Source: an uncultured Bacilli bacterium
GTDB taxonomy: Bacteria; Bacillota_I; Bacilli_A; RF39; UBA660
Direction: 5' to 3'
DNA length: 64,000 nucleotides
Assembly: GCA_947627845.1 (NCBI GenBank)
Contig: CANQXQ010000001.1
Location: 17,032 to 81,031, forward strand
Shown here: positions 1-10,666 of the stretch, in pieces
Position numbering within the stretch: the stretch's first letter is position 1
Layout: each line of letters begins with the position of its first letter
The notes under the pieces: model-generated
The model's database searches: none
The model's input: the letters and a program-made list of their open reading frames with translations, nothing else
What the model was told of the DNA's origin: nothing
Translations under genes and position numbers: made by a program

Positions 1-2473
1 CAGCAATCGAACCACAATCAAATTCTTTAACAATAATATCTTGAGCGACATCAACTAAACGACGAGTTAAATAACCAGAATCGGCAGTACGTAAAGCAGT
101 ATCGGCAGAACCTTTTCTAGAACCATGGGTTGATAAGAAGAATTCTGATACATCTAGACCTTCAATGAAACAAGATGTAATTGGAATTTCAACAGTTGAA
201 CCATCAGGTTTAGCCATTAAACCACGCATACCAGCAAGTTGGGTAAAGTTAGAGATTGAACCACGCGCATTAGAGTTCATCATCATGAAGATTGGATTGT
301 CAAAATCATTAGCAGATATTTCTTGTAATTCTTTTTTGACTTCATCATTTGCTTCATTCCAAGTAGCTATAACACTATTATAACGTTCTTCTTCAGTGAT
401 TAAACCACGTTTAAATTGTTTATTGACTTTATCAACTTTAGCTTTAGCAGCTTCGATAATTTCGCCTTTTTTCTTACTTCTAACAACATCGGAAACAGAG
501 ACAGTTATACCAGCGACTGTAGAATATTTAAAGCCTAAATCTTTTAACTTATCTAGCATAATAGATGTTTCAGTAGTTTTATATCTTTTAAATACTTGAG
601 CAATAATCCATTCCAAAGTCTTTTTAACAAATGGTTGAGAAAGTGGCATTTTCGCGATTTCTTCAGGTATATTTTTACCCATTTCAATAAAGTATTTATT
701 TGGAGTTATTCCCTCAATATTATCTTTAGTTGGTTCATTAACATAAGGGAAACTATCTGGTAAAATCTCATTAAAGATAATTTTACCGACAGTAGTTACT
801 AAATATTTATCTAATTGTTCTTCAGTAAATAGTTTATATTTAAAGGAACGAACTGGTAAAGCAATACGAGTATGAAGAGTTATTTCTCTTCTTTCATAAG
901 CCATTAAAGCTTCATTAGTATTTTTATAAACTTTACCTTCGTTTTCTTCACCTGCTTTTTCAATAGTTAAATAACAATTTCCTAAAACCATATCTTGAGA
1001 TGGTGTAACAATTGGTTTACCATCTTTAGGATTTAAGATATTGCTAGCAGATAACATTAAAATACGAGCTTCAGCTTTAGCTTCTTCGGACAATGGAATA
1101 TGGACGGCCATTTGATCTCCATCGAAATCGGCATTAAAGCCTGTACAAACTAGAGGGTGCAAACGAATAGCTTTACCACCGACTAATTTAGGTTCAAAAG
1201 CTTGAATACCTAATCTATGAAGAGTTGGAGCCCGGTTTAATAAGACAGGATGTTCAGTAATTACATCTTCAACAATGTCCCAAACACATTCATCGCGAGT
1301 ATCAATTAATTTTTTAGCTCCTTTAATATTGTGAGCTAGGCCTCTTTCAACTAAACCATGAATAACATGGGGTTTGAATAATTCAAGAGCCATTTCTTTT
1401 GGTAAACCACATTGATACATTTTTAAATTTGGTCCAACAACGATAACAGAACGGCCAGAATAGTCAACACGCTTACCTAATAAGTTTTGACGGAAACGTC
1501 CTTGTTTACCTTTTAACATACTAGATAAACTCTTTAATGGACGATTACCCGCTGCGGTAATAGAACGACCACGACGACCATTATCAAATAAAGAGTCAAC
1601 GGCTTCTTGAAGCATACGTTTTTCATTTTGAACAATAATGGTTGGAGCGCCTAATTCTAGTAATTTTCTTAAACGATTATTACGATTAATAATACGACGA
1701 TATAAATCATTTAAGTCACTTGTGGCAAATCTACCACCATCAAGTTGGATCATTGGTCTTAATTCTGGTGGAATAACGGGAAGAACATCTAAAACCATCC
1801 ATTCAGGTTTATTGCCACTTTCTTGGAAAGCAACTAAACAATCAAGACGTTTTACTAAACGAATTCTTTTTTGACCAGTCGCATTTTCAAGTTCATGACG
1901 TAAATCTTCAACTTCTTTATCAATATCAACTTTACTTAATAATTCTTTAATAGCTTCGGCACCCATGCCAACTTTGAAAGAATTACCATATTTTTCATAA
2001 TAAGCCCGATATTCTTTATCAGATAAAGTTTGTTTTTGCTCTAATGGAGCATTACCCGGATCAATAACAACATATGAAACGAAATATAATACTTCCTCTA
2101 AGTCTCTTGGAGACATATCTAGAACAAGGCCCATTTTAGATGGAACACCTTTAAAGAACCAGATATGAGAGCATGGAGCGGCAAGTTCAATGTGGCCCAT
2201 TCTTTCGCGTCTAACGCGAGATTTAGTTACTTCGACCCCACAACGGTCACAAATAACATTTTTATATCTTAAACGTTTATATTTACCACAAGAACATTCA
2301 TAATCTTTAGTAGGTCCAAAGATTTTTTCACAAAATAGTCCTCCTCTTTCAGGTTTTAATGTACGGTAATTGATAGTTTCTGGTTTTTCAACTTCACCAT
2401 AAGACCAACTACGAATTTTCTCGGGTGATGCAATACCTATTTTAATACCTTTAAAATTATTAACATCTATCAT
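1..2473 (-). CDS. rpoC: DNA-directed RNA polymerase beta' subunit, N-terminal ~824 aa; 3' part runs off the window edge
   Basis: Manual translation from the ATG at 2473 (minus strand) gives [54 protein letters not shown]... with the Zn-binding [23 protein letters not shown] and [12 protein letters not shown] motifs. The start lies 3 nt after the rpoB stop and its RBS GGAAGAGGTG is inside the rpoB 3' end. No ORF-track entry because the ORF is open at the edge. Confidence 0.9.
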   Translation of the reverse strand, partial: MIDVNNFKGIKIGIASPEKIRSWSYGEVEKPETINYRTLKPERGGLFCEKIFGPTKDYECSCGKYKRLRYKNVICDRCGVEVTKSRVRRERMGHIELAAPCSHIWFFKGVPSKMGLVLDMSPRDLEEVLYFVSYVVIDPGNAPLEQKQTLSDKEYRAYYEKYGNSFKVGMGAEAIKELLSKVDIDKEVEDLRHELENATGQKRIRLVKRLDCLVAFQESGNKPEWMVLDVLPVIPPELRPMIQLDGGRFATSDLNDLYRRIINRNNRLRKLLELGAPTIIVQNEKRMLQEAVDSLFDNGRRGRSITAAGNRPLKSLSSMLKGKQGRFRQNLLGKRVDYSGRSVIVVGPNLKMYQCGLPKEMALELFKPHVIHGLVERGLAHNIKGAKKLIDTRDECVWDIVEDVITEHPVLLNRAPTLHRLGIQAFEPKLVGGKAIRLHPLVCTGFNADFDGDQMAVHIPLSEEAKAEARILMLSASNILNPKDGKPIVTPSQDMVLGNCYLTIEKAGEENEGKVYKNTNEALMAYERREITLHTRIALPVRSFKYKLFTEEQLDKYLVTTVGKIIFNEILPDSFPYVNEPTKDNIEGITPNKYFIEMGKNIPEEIAKMPLSQPFVKKTLEWIIAQVFKRYKTTETSIMLDKLKDLGFKYSTVAGITVSVSDVVRSKKKGEIIEAAKAKVDKVNKQFKRGLITEEERYNSVIATWNEANDEVKKELQEISANDFDNPIFMMMNSNARGSISNFTQLAGMRGLMAKPDGSTVEIPITSCFIEGLDVSEFFLSTHGSRKGSADTALRTADSGYLTRRLVDVAQDIIVKEFDCGSIA

Positions 2474-2476
2474 AAA

Positions 2477-5400
2477 TTACACCTCTTCCCCTAAAATTTC
2501 ATCTTCTAGTTGTTCTAAATCTTCTTCATTTGGTTCTTCGTCTATATCATCATCAAAATCTTCATCATTATCTTCGAAGTCATCTTCGCCCTCTTCATAG
2601 TCTTCTTCCGGCATCTCTTCTTCTTCGTTACCTTTTAATTCAATTTCACCATCACGAATACTTGCTTCGGCATCAATTTCTTCAATTTTTAAGGTATCTT
2701 CTTTATCTTCCTCTTCTTCAAGATCTTTAAATTCAATAACATTATCATCTTTATCAATGATTTGCATATCTAAACCTAAAGCTTGGAATTCTTTAATTAA
2801 AACGCGGAATGATTCAGGAACACCAGCTTGATTAACAGTTTTACCTTTAACTAAAGCTTCATAAACTTTAACCCGACCAATAATATCATCGGCTTTAACA
2901 GTTAAGATTTCTTGTAAGACATGAGCGGCACCATAAGCATATAAAGCCCATACTTCCATTTCCCCAAATCTTTGACCACCAAATTGAGCTTTACCTCCTA
3001 ATGGTTGTTGAGTAACTAAGGAATAAGGTCCTGTGGCACGAGCATGTAATTTATCATCAACCATGTGATGTAGTTTTAACATGTACATAACGCCAACAGA
3101 AATTCGTTGATCAAAAGGTTCACCAGTACGACCATTATATAATATAGTTTTACCATCAGGTTCCATACCAGCCGCATGCATTTCTTCTTGAATATCATCC
3201 CAAGTAGCACTATCGAAAACTGGAGTAGCGTAATGAACACCTTGAAGTTTTCCAGCCATACCTAAATGTAATTCTAAGATTTGACCAATATTCATACGAG
3301 ATGGAACACCTAAAGGGTTTAACATAACATCTACTGGTTTACCATTTGGTAAATATGGCATATCTTCTTCTGGTAAGACAAGGGAAATAACACCTTTATT
3401 ACCATGACGACCAGACATTTTATCGCCAACTTGAATTTTACGTTTTTGAATAATATATACTCTTATAATTTTAGATACTCCAGCAGGAAGTTCATCCGAA
3501 TTTTCTTTAGTATAAATTTTAACATCATGAACTATACCGGCAGCACCATGTTCTACTCTTAAAGAAGTATCACGCACTTCCCGAGTTTTTTCACCAAAAA
3601 TAGCATGTAATAATTTTTCTTCACTAGTTAATTCTTGGACACCTTTTGGAGTTACTTTACCAACTAAGATGTCGCCTTCTTTAACTTCGGTACCAATTCT
3701 TACAATACCATTAGAGTCAAGGTTTTTACGAGCTTCTTCACCAACATTTGGAATATCACGAGTAATTTCTTCAGGTCCTAGTTTAGTATCACGACAATCA
3801 ATATCATAATGCTCTAAATGAAGTGAGGTATAAACATCATCTTTAACTAATCTTTCATTTAAGATAACGGCATCTTCATAATTATAGCCATTAAAAGTCA
3901 TGAAAGCAACAGTCATATTTTTACCTAAAGCAAGTTCACCTTTTTCGGTAGATGGACCATCGGCAATTACTTCCCCACGATGAACTTTATCACCCTTTTT
4001 AACGATTGGATGATGATTTAGTGCAGTGGAAGCATTTGTTCTTTCAAAATCAGCTAAATAATAAGTATCTTTACCTTTAGCATTTTTAACAATAATTTTT
4101 TTACCATCCGCATATTCTACAACTCCATCAGCTTTACAAACTACGGTAGAACCAGAATCACGAGCAGCAATATATTCGACACCTGTTCCAACAATTGGAG
4201 CTTCACTGGTTAAAAGTGGAACGGCTTGACGTTGCATGTTGGCACCCATTAGGGTCCGATTAGCATCATCATATTCAAGGAATGGAATACAACTAGTAGT
4301 TATAGCGACAATTTGACTTGGAGCGACGTCAACATAGTTAACATCTTCTCTTTTAACCATAACGTTATCACCATTTAAACGACAGAGAATTTCATCATTA
4401 ATAATACGATTATTATCATCTAATTTGACAGTTGCTTGAGAAATATAATAATCATGTTCTTCATCCGCGGTCATATAAACTACTTCATCTGTTACAACGC
4501 CATTTACAACTTTACGATATGGAGTCATAATGAAACCATATTCATTTATTTTAGCATAACCAGCTAAAGATGTAATTAAACCAATGTTTTGACCTTCGGG
4601 AGATTCGATTGGACAAATACGACCATAGTGAGAGGCATTAACATCACGAACATCCATGCCAGCTCGATCACGAGAAAGTCCTCCTGGTCCTAAACTTGAT
4701 AAACGTCTTTTATCAGTAAGTTCCGCGATAGGATTAATTTGATCCATGAATTTTGATAATTGGGAAGATCCAAAGAATTCCTTTAAAGCCGCGGTTACAG
4801 GACGAATGTTGATTAAAGTTTTAGGTGTAACTGAATCTAATTCTTGAGTAGTCATTCTTTCACGAATAACTCTTTCCATTCTAGACATACCAGTTCTAAA
4901 AACATTTTGAATTAATTCGCCAACTTGTCTTACCCGACGATTTCCTAAATTATCTATCTCATCAGTATTACCAATATTATCATGTAAATTTAAATAATAT
5001 GAGACTGAAGCATAAATATCAGGAATAGTTAAACGTCTAACTTCCGTCGCGGGATCATTACCAATAATTTTAATAATCTTTTCGGGATTTTCTTTATCAT
5101 ATACTTTTACTTCTTGAATTTTATCATATTCATCTAATTCTTCATTAATGATAGTTTTCTTTAAGTTAACTCCTTTAGCAAAAACAGGTCTTAAAGTTTC
5201 TAATACTTCTTTAGTTACTAAGGTACCTTTAGGAGCAATAACTTTTTTACCATCTTTAATATCTTCGGCTAAAGTTAAACCTAGTAAACGATCAGTAATA
5301 TTTAATTTTTTATTAAATTTATAACGACCTACTTTAGCTAAATCATAACGAAATCTATCAAAAAATCTTGTTACTAATTGGTTTTTACTACTATCTAAAG

Positions 5401-6139
5401 TAGCTGGTTCGCCTGGTCTTAATTTTTCATAAATTTCAATTAATGCTTCATCAGTATTTCTAGTTGAGTCTTTTTCAATAGTATTAGCTAAATATTCGTT
5501 TTCCCCAAATACTTCATAAATATCTTCGTCATTAGATAAACCTAATGCTCTTAAGAAAGTAGTTACGGGAACTTTTCTTGTCCGATCAATACGGACATAC
5601 ATAATATTACGAGCATCAACTTCATACTCTAACCATGTACCTTTATTAGGTATTACTTCGCCACTTATGATACGACGACCATTTTTATCTATTTCTCTTT
5701 TAAAATAAATAGATGGACTACGAACTAATTGAGAGACGATAACCCGTTCAGCACCATTAATAATAAAGGTACCTGAATCAGTCATAAGTGGCATATCACC
5801 TAAAAATATTTCTTGTTCTTTAACTTCACCAGTTTCGTGAATAAATACTCTTGCTTGAACCTTTAGGGGAGCAGCATAGTTTACCATTCGCTCTTTGGCT
5901 TCTTTGACGGAATATCTTGGAACATCAAAAGAATATTCGCCGAATTCTAGCGAAATATTACCAGTAAAAGATTCAACCGGAAATAAGTCTTCAAATGTTT
6001 CTTTAATACCTACGTCTAAGAATTCTTGATAACTCTTTTTTTGAATTTCAAGTAAATCTTGCAACTCCATAGTGTTACGACTTCTAGAGAAGGTTCTTCT
6101 TTCTCTATGGTCTCCAAATTTTTCAACTTTATAAGCCAC
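2477..6139 (-). CDS. rpoB: DNA-directed RNA polymerase beta subunit with a ~90-aa poly-acidic C-terminal extension
   Basis: 1220-aa ORF carrying the conserved RpoB blocks ([22 protein letters not shown], rifampicin-region FGSSQLSQFMDQ-like [13 protein letters not shown]). Lies upstream of rpoC in the canonical order. Confidence 0.95.
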   Translation of the reverse strand: MAYKVEKFGDHRERRTFSRSRNTMELQDLLEIQKKSYQEFLDVGIKETFEDLFPVESFTGNISLEFGEYSFDVPRYSVKEAKERMVNYAAPLKVQARVFIHETGEVKEQEIFLGDMPLMTDSGTFIINGAERVIVSQLVRSPSIYFKREIDKNGRRIISGEVIPNKGTWLEYEVDARNIMYVRIDRTRKVPVTTFLRALGLSNDEDIYEVFGENEYLANTIEKDSTRNTDEALIEIYEKLRPGEPATLDSSKNQLVTRFFDRFRYDLAKVGRYKFNKKLNITDRLLGLTLAEDIKDGKKVIAPKGTLVTKEVLETLRPVFAKGVNLKKTIINEELDEYDKIQEVKVYDKENPEKIIKIIGNDPATEVRRLTIPDIYASVSYYLNLHDNIGNTDEIDNLGNRRVRQVGELIQNVFRTGMSRMERVIRERMTTQELDSVTPKTLINIRPVTAALKEFFGSSQLSKFMDQINPIAELTDKRRLSSLGPGGLSRDRAGMDVRDVNASHYGRICPIESPEGQNIGLITSLAGYAKINEYGFIMTPYRKVVNGVVTDEVVYMTADEEHDYYISQATVKLDDNNRIINDEILCRLNGDNVMVKREDVNYVDVAPSQIVAITTSCIPFLEYDDANRTLMGANMQRQAVPLLTSEAPIVGTGVEYIAARDSGSTVVCKADGVVEYADGKKIIVKNAKGKDTYYLADFERTNASTALNHHPIVKKGDKVHRGEVIADGPSTEKGELALGKNMTVAFMTFNGYNYEDAVILNERLVKDDVYTSLHLEHYDIDCRDTKLGPEEITRDIPNVGEEARKNLDSNGIVRIGTEVKEGDILVGKVTPKGVQELTSEEKLLHAIFGEKTREVRDTSLRVEHGAAGIVHDVKIYTKENSDELPAGVSKIIRVYIIQKRKIQVGDKMSGRHGNKGVISLVLPEEDMPYLPNGKPVDVMLNPLGVPSRMNIGQILELHLGMAGKLQGVHYATPVFDSATWDDIQEEMHAAGMEPDGKTILYNGRTGEPFDQRISVGVMYMLKLHHMVDDKLHARATGPYSLVTQQPLGGKAQFGGQRFGEMEVWALYAYGAAHVLQEILTVKADDIIGRVKVYEALVKGKTVNQAGVPESFRVLIKEFQALGLDMQIIDKDDNVIEFKDLEEEEDKEDTLKIEEIDAEASIRDGEIELKGNEEEEMPEEDYEEGEDDFEDNDEDFDDDIDEEPNEEDLEQLEDEILGEEV

Positions 6140-6231
6140 GATTTCACCCCAATATCTAAAATTTTAGTGCTCATTTAAAGAATTACAAATACGTCACCAA
6201 TTTAAAATTTTAACAATAAAATAATATCTTG

Positions 6232-6822
6232 TCAATCACTTTTTGCAAGAAAAATATAAAAACCTTTACTTTTTTCTTTTATTTCAATTTTATAGGTGGA
6301 ACTTAATTCTTTAATGATGCTTTTTACACCCCCATCAGTACGAATTACCGCCCATAATTCGCCCTCAGGATTTAAATGCTTTTGGGCATCTTTTAAAATA
6401 GCTAGGACTACTTGTTTGCCAGCCCTTATGGGAGGATTAGTAATAATTAAATCATACTTATCTTCCACATTCTCATATATATTACTCTCTTTAAATGAGA
6501 CACTTACTTTATTTAATTTAGCATTTTCTAAAGCTAACTTTAAAGCCCGATTATTAACATCTATTCCTAAACCACTAATGTTTAATATTTTAGCTAGAAC
6601 AATGCTTATAAAACCATACCCACATCCAACATCAAGAAAATTGGTAATATTTTTTTTATTTTTTAAATATGTTTCGACTAAAAGAATACTACCATAATCA
6701 ATTTTATTTTTGGAAAAAACTCCATTATCACTAACAAACTCAAAAGAAGTAGAATTTAAAGTATAATTAATAATTCTACGGTTACTTTTTAGATTATCGT
6801 TGTTTGTAAAATAATGATTCAT
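6232..6822 (-). CDS. Class I SAM-dependent methyltransferase, small-domain RsmC/YbxB-like
   Basis: 196 aa with SAM motif I LDVGCGYGFISIVLA and substrate-binding ITNPPIRAG (NPPY-type) motif. Sits upstream of rpoB, where B. subtilis has ybxB. Confidence 0.7.
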   Translation of the reverse strand: MNHYFTNNDNLKSNRRIINYTLNSTSFEFVSDNGVFSKNKIDYGSILLVETYLKNKKNITNFLDVGCGYGFISIVLAKILNISGLGIDVNNRALKLALENAKLNKVSVSFKESNIYENVEDKYDLIITNPPIRAGKQVVLAILKDAQKHLNPEGELWAVIRTDGGVKSIIKELSSTYKIEIKEKSKGFYIFLAKSD

Positions 6823-6890
6823 GCTATTCCCCTTTTGATTACTTTTAGTATACCAAATATCTAAAAATAGTCAATACTTACTTTTATTAG

Positions 6891-7589
6891 TTAGTTGGTA
6901 CTTTTATAAATTATAAAGCCAAATGTTCCTACTATAAAGACTAAAACGGCACCAATTACTAATATATAGGTTAAAATACTCGTTTTTTCTTGAGGGGGTT
7001 TAGTATCATTGGTGGGCTCTTTTATTGGTTCTTTTTCTTCCTCTTTTTTCTTATATTCAACTTGAATAAATTTATTATTATAATTATTTTTATTTATATT
7101 CCAGGTTAAAGAATTATTATTTTTAAGATCAGCATTACTATTTATTACTTCATAATTATTAGAAAAATTAAGGTTAATATTTATTTCATCTAAATTAGAA
7201 TAGGTATTAAAACAAGAAAAATAATTAGAAGTATTAAGCATTTGATTACCATTACTTAAAGTAGTTAAATTAATATTTTTTAAACATTGATGCGTAGCGG
7301 TTGAATTAATAAAATTAGTTTTTGGGAAACTATACTTTAATATTACATAATTATTTTGCCTATTTATTTTATAAAATTCCATATCTTCATTTTCAAAATT
7401 AAGATCCTCATTCCCCACGGATTCACTAGGACCACTATCATTATAATAAGCTGGGATAAATTCCGAGTTAAAATTTTCTTCATTAGCAACGATATTTTCT
7501 AAAGACGTGTCATCATCAATTGTTAAAGTGTAATCAACACTGCAACCACTTAAAATAATAATAGATAGTAAAAGTATTATTTTACGCAT
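6891..7589 (-). CDS. Asn-rich lipoprotein with a C-terminal TM helix, unknown function
   Basis: Signal peptide plus lipobox LLSIIILSGCSV, a C-terminal hydrophobic segment ILVIGAVLVFIVGTFGFIIY and many N/S residues. 13 nt downstream of the SpoIID/NlpC-P60 gene, so probably co-transcribed. Confidence 0.5.
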   Translation of the reverse strand: MRKIILLLSIIILSGCSVDYTLTIDDDTSLENIVANEENFNSEFIPAYYNDSGPSESVGNEDLNFENEDMEFYKINRQNNYVILKYSFPKTNFINSTATHQCLKNINLTTLSNGNQMLNTSNYFSCFNTYSNLDEININLNFSNNYEVINSNADLKNNNSLTWNINKNNYNNKFIQVEYKKKEEEKEPIKEPTNDTKPPQEKTSILTYILVIGAVLVFIVGTFGFIIYKSTN

Positions 7590-7602
7590 TTTATTCTCCT
7601 TT

Positions 7603-9834
7603 TTATTCTTCTTCGGAATTTAAATGACCATTACGAGCAAAATTATTAGCTCGACCTGTATAACCATCAATATAACCATTACGATATTTTTCAATAAATT
7701 CTTCATTAGTTAAATCTAGTTTATGACTACTATCATTATACCAACTAGTCATATCTACAACTGTATACTCAGCTTCATCAAATTTTTTACTACTTATTTT
7801 AGTTCCACTACTTCCTCCTGATGCTTCCGCGACTAAATATACTTTGCGTTCATTATCAACACCCACGATCATCGTTACATGTCCACCACTTTCTTTTACA
7901 AGTAAATCCCCAGGTACGCCAACTGCTCGATCGGCTTTTAAAGGTTCATTTGAACCAGTTAAATCTTTAAAATACTGGGCGCCTCCGACTGGAGCAATAA
8001 AACCAGCATTATGTAAAATCCAAGTTATAAAGCCAGCACATTCAGGTCCATAATAAGCATAGTTTAGCCATTTTTTAGGCTTATTACGTTCTGTTCTATA
8101 ACAATAACTCCATTCATCAGGGTTGGGTGTTCCAACACAAGTACCATCATCAGAACTTGTTTGCGTCCCATGAATACGGCTTCCCCAATAAGGATCAACG
8201 CCATAAAAACTTTTAGCACTATGATTAACTCTTTGATTTTGACTATTAAGCATTGTATCGCAACTTCCTCTTTGACCACATAAAGTATAAGGAATTCTTG
8301 CTTGGTAATATGTATATAAGCCATTAATTAAAGAGACGGCGACTTGAACCGCGGCTTCTCTAGTGCCAATTCCAACTTGTAAGACATTGGATAAAATATA
8401 TTCATTTAATGCTTCCACACTTGTTCCTTTAGAATTTAAAAAATCTCTTAAAGGAACATTTATAATATCATTACTACCAGTACTAGTTTCACTGGCAGTT
8501 CCAGCGTTTTTATATATTGATTGTATTTCTAACTCATTACCATTATAGTATTTTAAAACGTCTAAATAACTATAATCTTCTTCTTTGGTTAAATAATAAG
8601 CACCTACTTGGCTTGCGCCATCTCCATGGCCTGAACACCTATTATTATTTGCTAAATTTTCTAAATATCTGTAATTCCAGGTTTTTGGAATTGGTTGCAA
8701 TTTTTTCTCACCTATTGTCTCCCCGCCATATTCAACATAATAATAGTTATCATCTTGGCTTCGATAACAAGCCATGTCATAATCACCACGAGCTATACGA
8801 TCTCCTTTAACTCCAATTAAACCAAAAGTTTCCGCGGCAGCTTGTGCAATAACATTATTTTCATTAGTAACAGTCGCTAACTGTTCTTCATCAAAAGTAA
8901 AATTTTGAAAGCCGGAACTGCCTTCTAAAACACATCCTGTATCATGAGGAGCATAGTTTATTTCATATAAGGCATAATCACGTATTTGAATAGCAAAGGC
9001 TTTTAATAATTCATAAGAATCAGTAAATTCTCCGACTTCGGCAGCCATAACACCAGGAACATATTCAGTTTCAAAATCTAATTCCCGCGTATAGGTGTCA
9101 GTCACAGGATTGTAAACTTTAACAGTTTCGCAATTTTTTTTTAATTCATAGTAAGGAAAGCCATATAAACCAAGACGAGGATTATAATCTGCTCCGCCAC
9201 CTACTGCAGTCATTATTATAAAGATAAAGAAAGCTAAGCCTCCCCCTCCAATCATAAGTTGAAGACGATATTTATTAACTACTTTTTTGACCATACCCGA
9301 CATAATATCAGAATCATTACCACTTAAACTATTATTTTGAGTCATAGATTCTAAAGGATTTAAAGAGCTCTTAGAATTATTTAAAGAGTTTTCTTGATTT
9401 TCGTTAGTAGAATTATTGGCCGCATTATTGTTGGCATTATTTCCATTAGCAATATTATTAAACATCGAATTTTTGCGAAAATTAGGAGCTTGATTTGATG
9501 AGACGGCTTTATTTTGACCGATAGCTTTATTAGCCATATCAGTCGTCCCACTTTGATTTAAGCCTTTAGATAACTCCTTAACACCCGGAATTTTATCAGC
9601 TTTTTCGGCAACTTGATTAGTGGCATTATCAAGCGCACTACCAACACCAGGAATATTTTTCGCGGCATCATAAACTTTACCTCCCACTCCCGGGGCAAAT
9701 GCTTCTGCGGCACCTTTAGCAGCGGTATCAACTACTTTTTTAGTATCATTATGATTATTAGGTGAATTGTGAAGATTAGAATTATTTAAATCAGAGTTTT
9801 CATTTGAATAGCCTAAGTTATTATCTTCCTTCAT
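7603..9834 (-). CDS. Membrane-anchored bifunctional cell-wall hydrolase: N/S-rich cytoplasmic region, TM, SpoIID/LytB-like domain, C-terminal NlpC/P60 endopeptidase
   Basis: 743 aa. TM helix LQLMIGGGGLAFFIFIIMTAVGG. SpoIID-like block EYVPGVMAAEVGEF...ELLKAFAIQIRDYALY (compare ALKAQAVAARTYAL). C-terminal NlpC/P60 Cys motif YGPECAGFITWIL and His motif GGHVTMIVG. Confidence 0.6.
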   Translation of the reverse strand: MKEDNNLGYSNENSDLNNSNLHNSPNNHNDTKKVVDTAAKGAAEAFAPGVGGKVYDAAKNIPGVGSALDNATNQVAEKADKIPGVKELSKGLNQSGTTDMANKAIGQNKAVSSNQAPNFRKNSMFNNIANGNNANNNAANNSTNENQENSLNNSKSSLNPLESMTQNNSLSGNDSDIMSGMVKKVVNKYRLQLMIGGGGLAFFIFIIMTAVGGGADYNPRLGLYGFPYYELKKNCETVKVYNPVTDTYTRELDFETEYVPGVMAAEVGEFTDSYELLKAFAIQIRDYALYEINYAPHDTGCVLEGSSGFQNFTFDEEQLATVTNENNVIAQAAAETFGLIGVKGDRIARGDYDMACYRSQDDNYYYVEYGGETIGEKKLQPIPKTWNYRYLENLANNNRCSGHGDGASQVGAYYLTKEEDYSYLDVLKYYNGNELEIQSIYKNAGTASETSTGSNDIINVPLRDFLNSKGTSVEALNEYILSNVLQVGIGTREAAVQVAVSLINGLYTYYQARIPYTLCGQRGSCDTMLNSQNQRVNHSAKSFYGVDPYWGSRIHGTQTSSDDGTCVGTPNPDEWSYCYRTERNKPKKWLNYAYYGPECAGFITWILHNAGFIAPVGGAQYFKDLTGSNEPLKADRAVGVPGDLLVKESGGHVTMIVGVDNERKVYLVAEASGGSSGTKISSKKFDEAEYTVVDMTSWYNDSSHKLDLTNEEFIEKYRNGYIDGYTGRANNFARNGHLNSEEE

Positions 9835-9901
9835 GGTACTTCACCTTCTTTGTCTTTTAAATTATAACATAAAAAAATATAAAAAAAAAGAAGTATAGAA
9901 T

Positions 9902-9930
9902 ACACTATTTTAAATATTTATCATAAATTA
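9902..9930 (+). promoter_or_regulatory. Candidate mother-cell sigmaK-type promoter (AC-16nt-CATAAATTA) upstream of the coat-protein gene
   Basis: Sequence cacTATTTTAAATATTTATCATAAATTA matches the SigK consensus AC-N16/17-CATA---TA. It lies ~30 nt upstream of the ATG at 9961. Confidence 0.3.
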
Positions 9931-9960
9931 ATAGTGAGAATACATGAAAGGGTGAATAAT

Positions 9961-10407
9961 ATGAATAATAACGATAGTTGTAACACAACTGGAAACTGCA
10001 TTAATGAAATATTAAGTGTTATATTAGTTTTACAACAAAATGCTTGTCCAGAATCATGTTTAGATGCATGTGACAGACCGGTTTTAGGCGGTGGACCAAA
10101 TTGTTTAATTTGTAATACAAGACCAGTTATGTTATATACTTGTGGGGGAAATGGAACTCCTTGGAGTATGCCAACAGTTAAAGATACAACCATAACTTGT
10201 ACTGGAACAACAGGAACAGAATGTTCAAGTGTATTTAGAGTTGAAAAAATTGAAGGAAATTGCTGCACATTTAGAGTACTTGCTGACAATCCTGATCCAA
10301 CTAGTTTAAATCCTTATGTTTCAACTAATTCTTTCTTTACAATGGATTGTGGATGCTTATGTGCTATTAGATGCTTAAGTGACACTTATGTAGATTGTGT
10401 TTGCTAA
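9961..10407 (+). CDS. Cysteine-rich spore coat/exosporium protein of the CotY/CotZ/ExsY family
   Basis: ~148 aa with about 24 Cys. Blocks VFRVEKIEGNCCTFRVL and CGCLCAIRCL resemble CotZ blocks as I recall them (FRVERVHGSCATLSLL, CFCAINCL; B. subtilis sequence from memory, not checked). RBS AAAGGGTG precedes the ATG at 9961. The ORF track starts at an upstream GTG (9934). Confidence 0.6.
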   Translation: MNNNDSCNTTGNCINEILSVILVLQQNACPESCLDACDRPVLGGGPNCLICNTRPVMLYTCGGNGTPWSMPTVKDTTITCTGTTGTECSSVFRVEKIEGNCCTFRVLADNPDPTSLNPYVSTNSFFTMDCGCLCAIRCLSDTYVDCVC

Positions 10408-10416
10408 TATTTAAAA

Positions 10417-10445
10417 ACCTCATGTAAGAGGTTTTTTTGTGGTTA
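10417..10445 (+). terminator. Rho-independent terminator after the coat-protein gene
   Basis: Hairpin aacctcatgtaagaggtt followed by ttttttt. Confidence 0.6.
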
Positions 10446-10511
10446 AATATTATAATAATTATTTTTAAAATATTAAAACTCGAACTATAAAGTCCGAGTT
10501 TGCTATCACTT

Positions 10512-10588
10512 TGGTAGCGACGGAGGGGATCGAACCCCCGACCTACCGGGTATGAACCGGTCGCTCTAGCCAGCTGAGCTACATCGCC
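10512..10588 (-). tRNA. tRNA-Met (anticodon CAT), elongator-like
   Basis: Reverse complement reads GGCGATGTAGCTCAGCTGGCTAGAGCGACCGGTTCATACCCGGTAGGTCGGGGGTTCGATCCCCTCCGTCGCTACCA. Cloverleaf with GCTC/GAGC D-stem, anticodon loop TTCATAC, T-loop TTCGATC and encoded CCA. Near-identical to Firmicute elongator tRNA-Met. Lysidine tRNA-Ile2 cannot be fully excluded. Confidence 0.85.
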
Positions 10589-10666
10589 ATTTCTTTTGCA
10601 TAAATAATATATCAAATTGCATGATTAAAGTCAATATTTTTTACTGCTAAATAATTTAAAAAAAGA

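Noticed and set aside
2530-2730. Antisense ORFs inside rpoB (2530..2730), the methyltransferase (6296..6697), the hydrolase (7844..8810), ClpC (48088..49005), ftsK (53159..53401) and others
   Set aside because: They are embedded opposite strongly supported genes and have Leu/Phe/Ile/Tyr-rich, low-complexity translations typical of AT-rich antisense frames.
7603-9834. Interpretation of the SpoIID/NlpC-P60 protein as the hydrolase of an integrated conjugative element
   Set aside because: No relaxase, coupling protein, VirB4-like ATPase or integrase lies nearby. The FtsK at 52806 is 43 kb away and has chromosomal features (four TMs, gamma domain).
9934-9960. Upstream GTG start for the coat-protein gene used by the ORF track
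   Set aside because: The ATG at 9961 has a properly spaced RBS (AAAGGGTG). The GTG extension adds MRIHERVNN without an RBS.
10367-10615. 82-aa minus-strand ORF from the six-frame track
   Set aside because: It is fully occupied by the tRNA-Met gene and its flanks, and reading a tRNA gives spurious ORFs.
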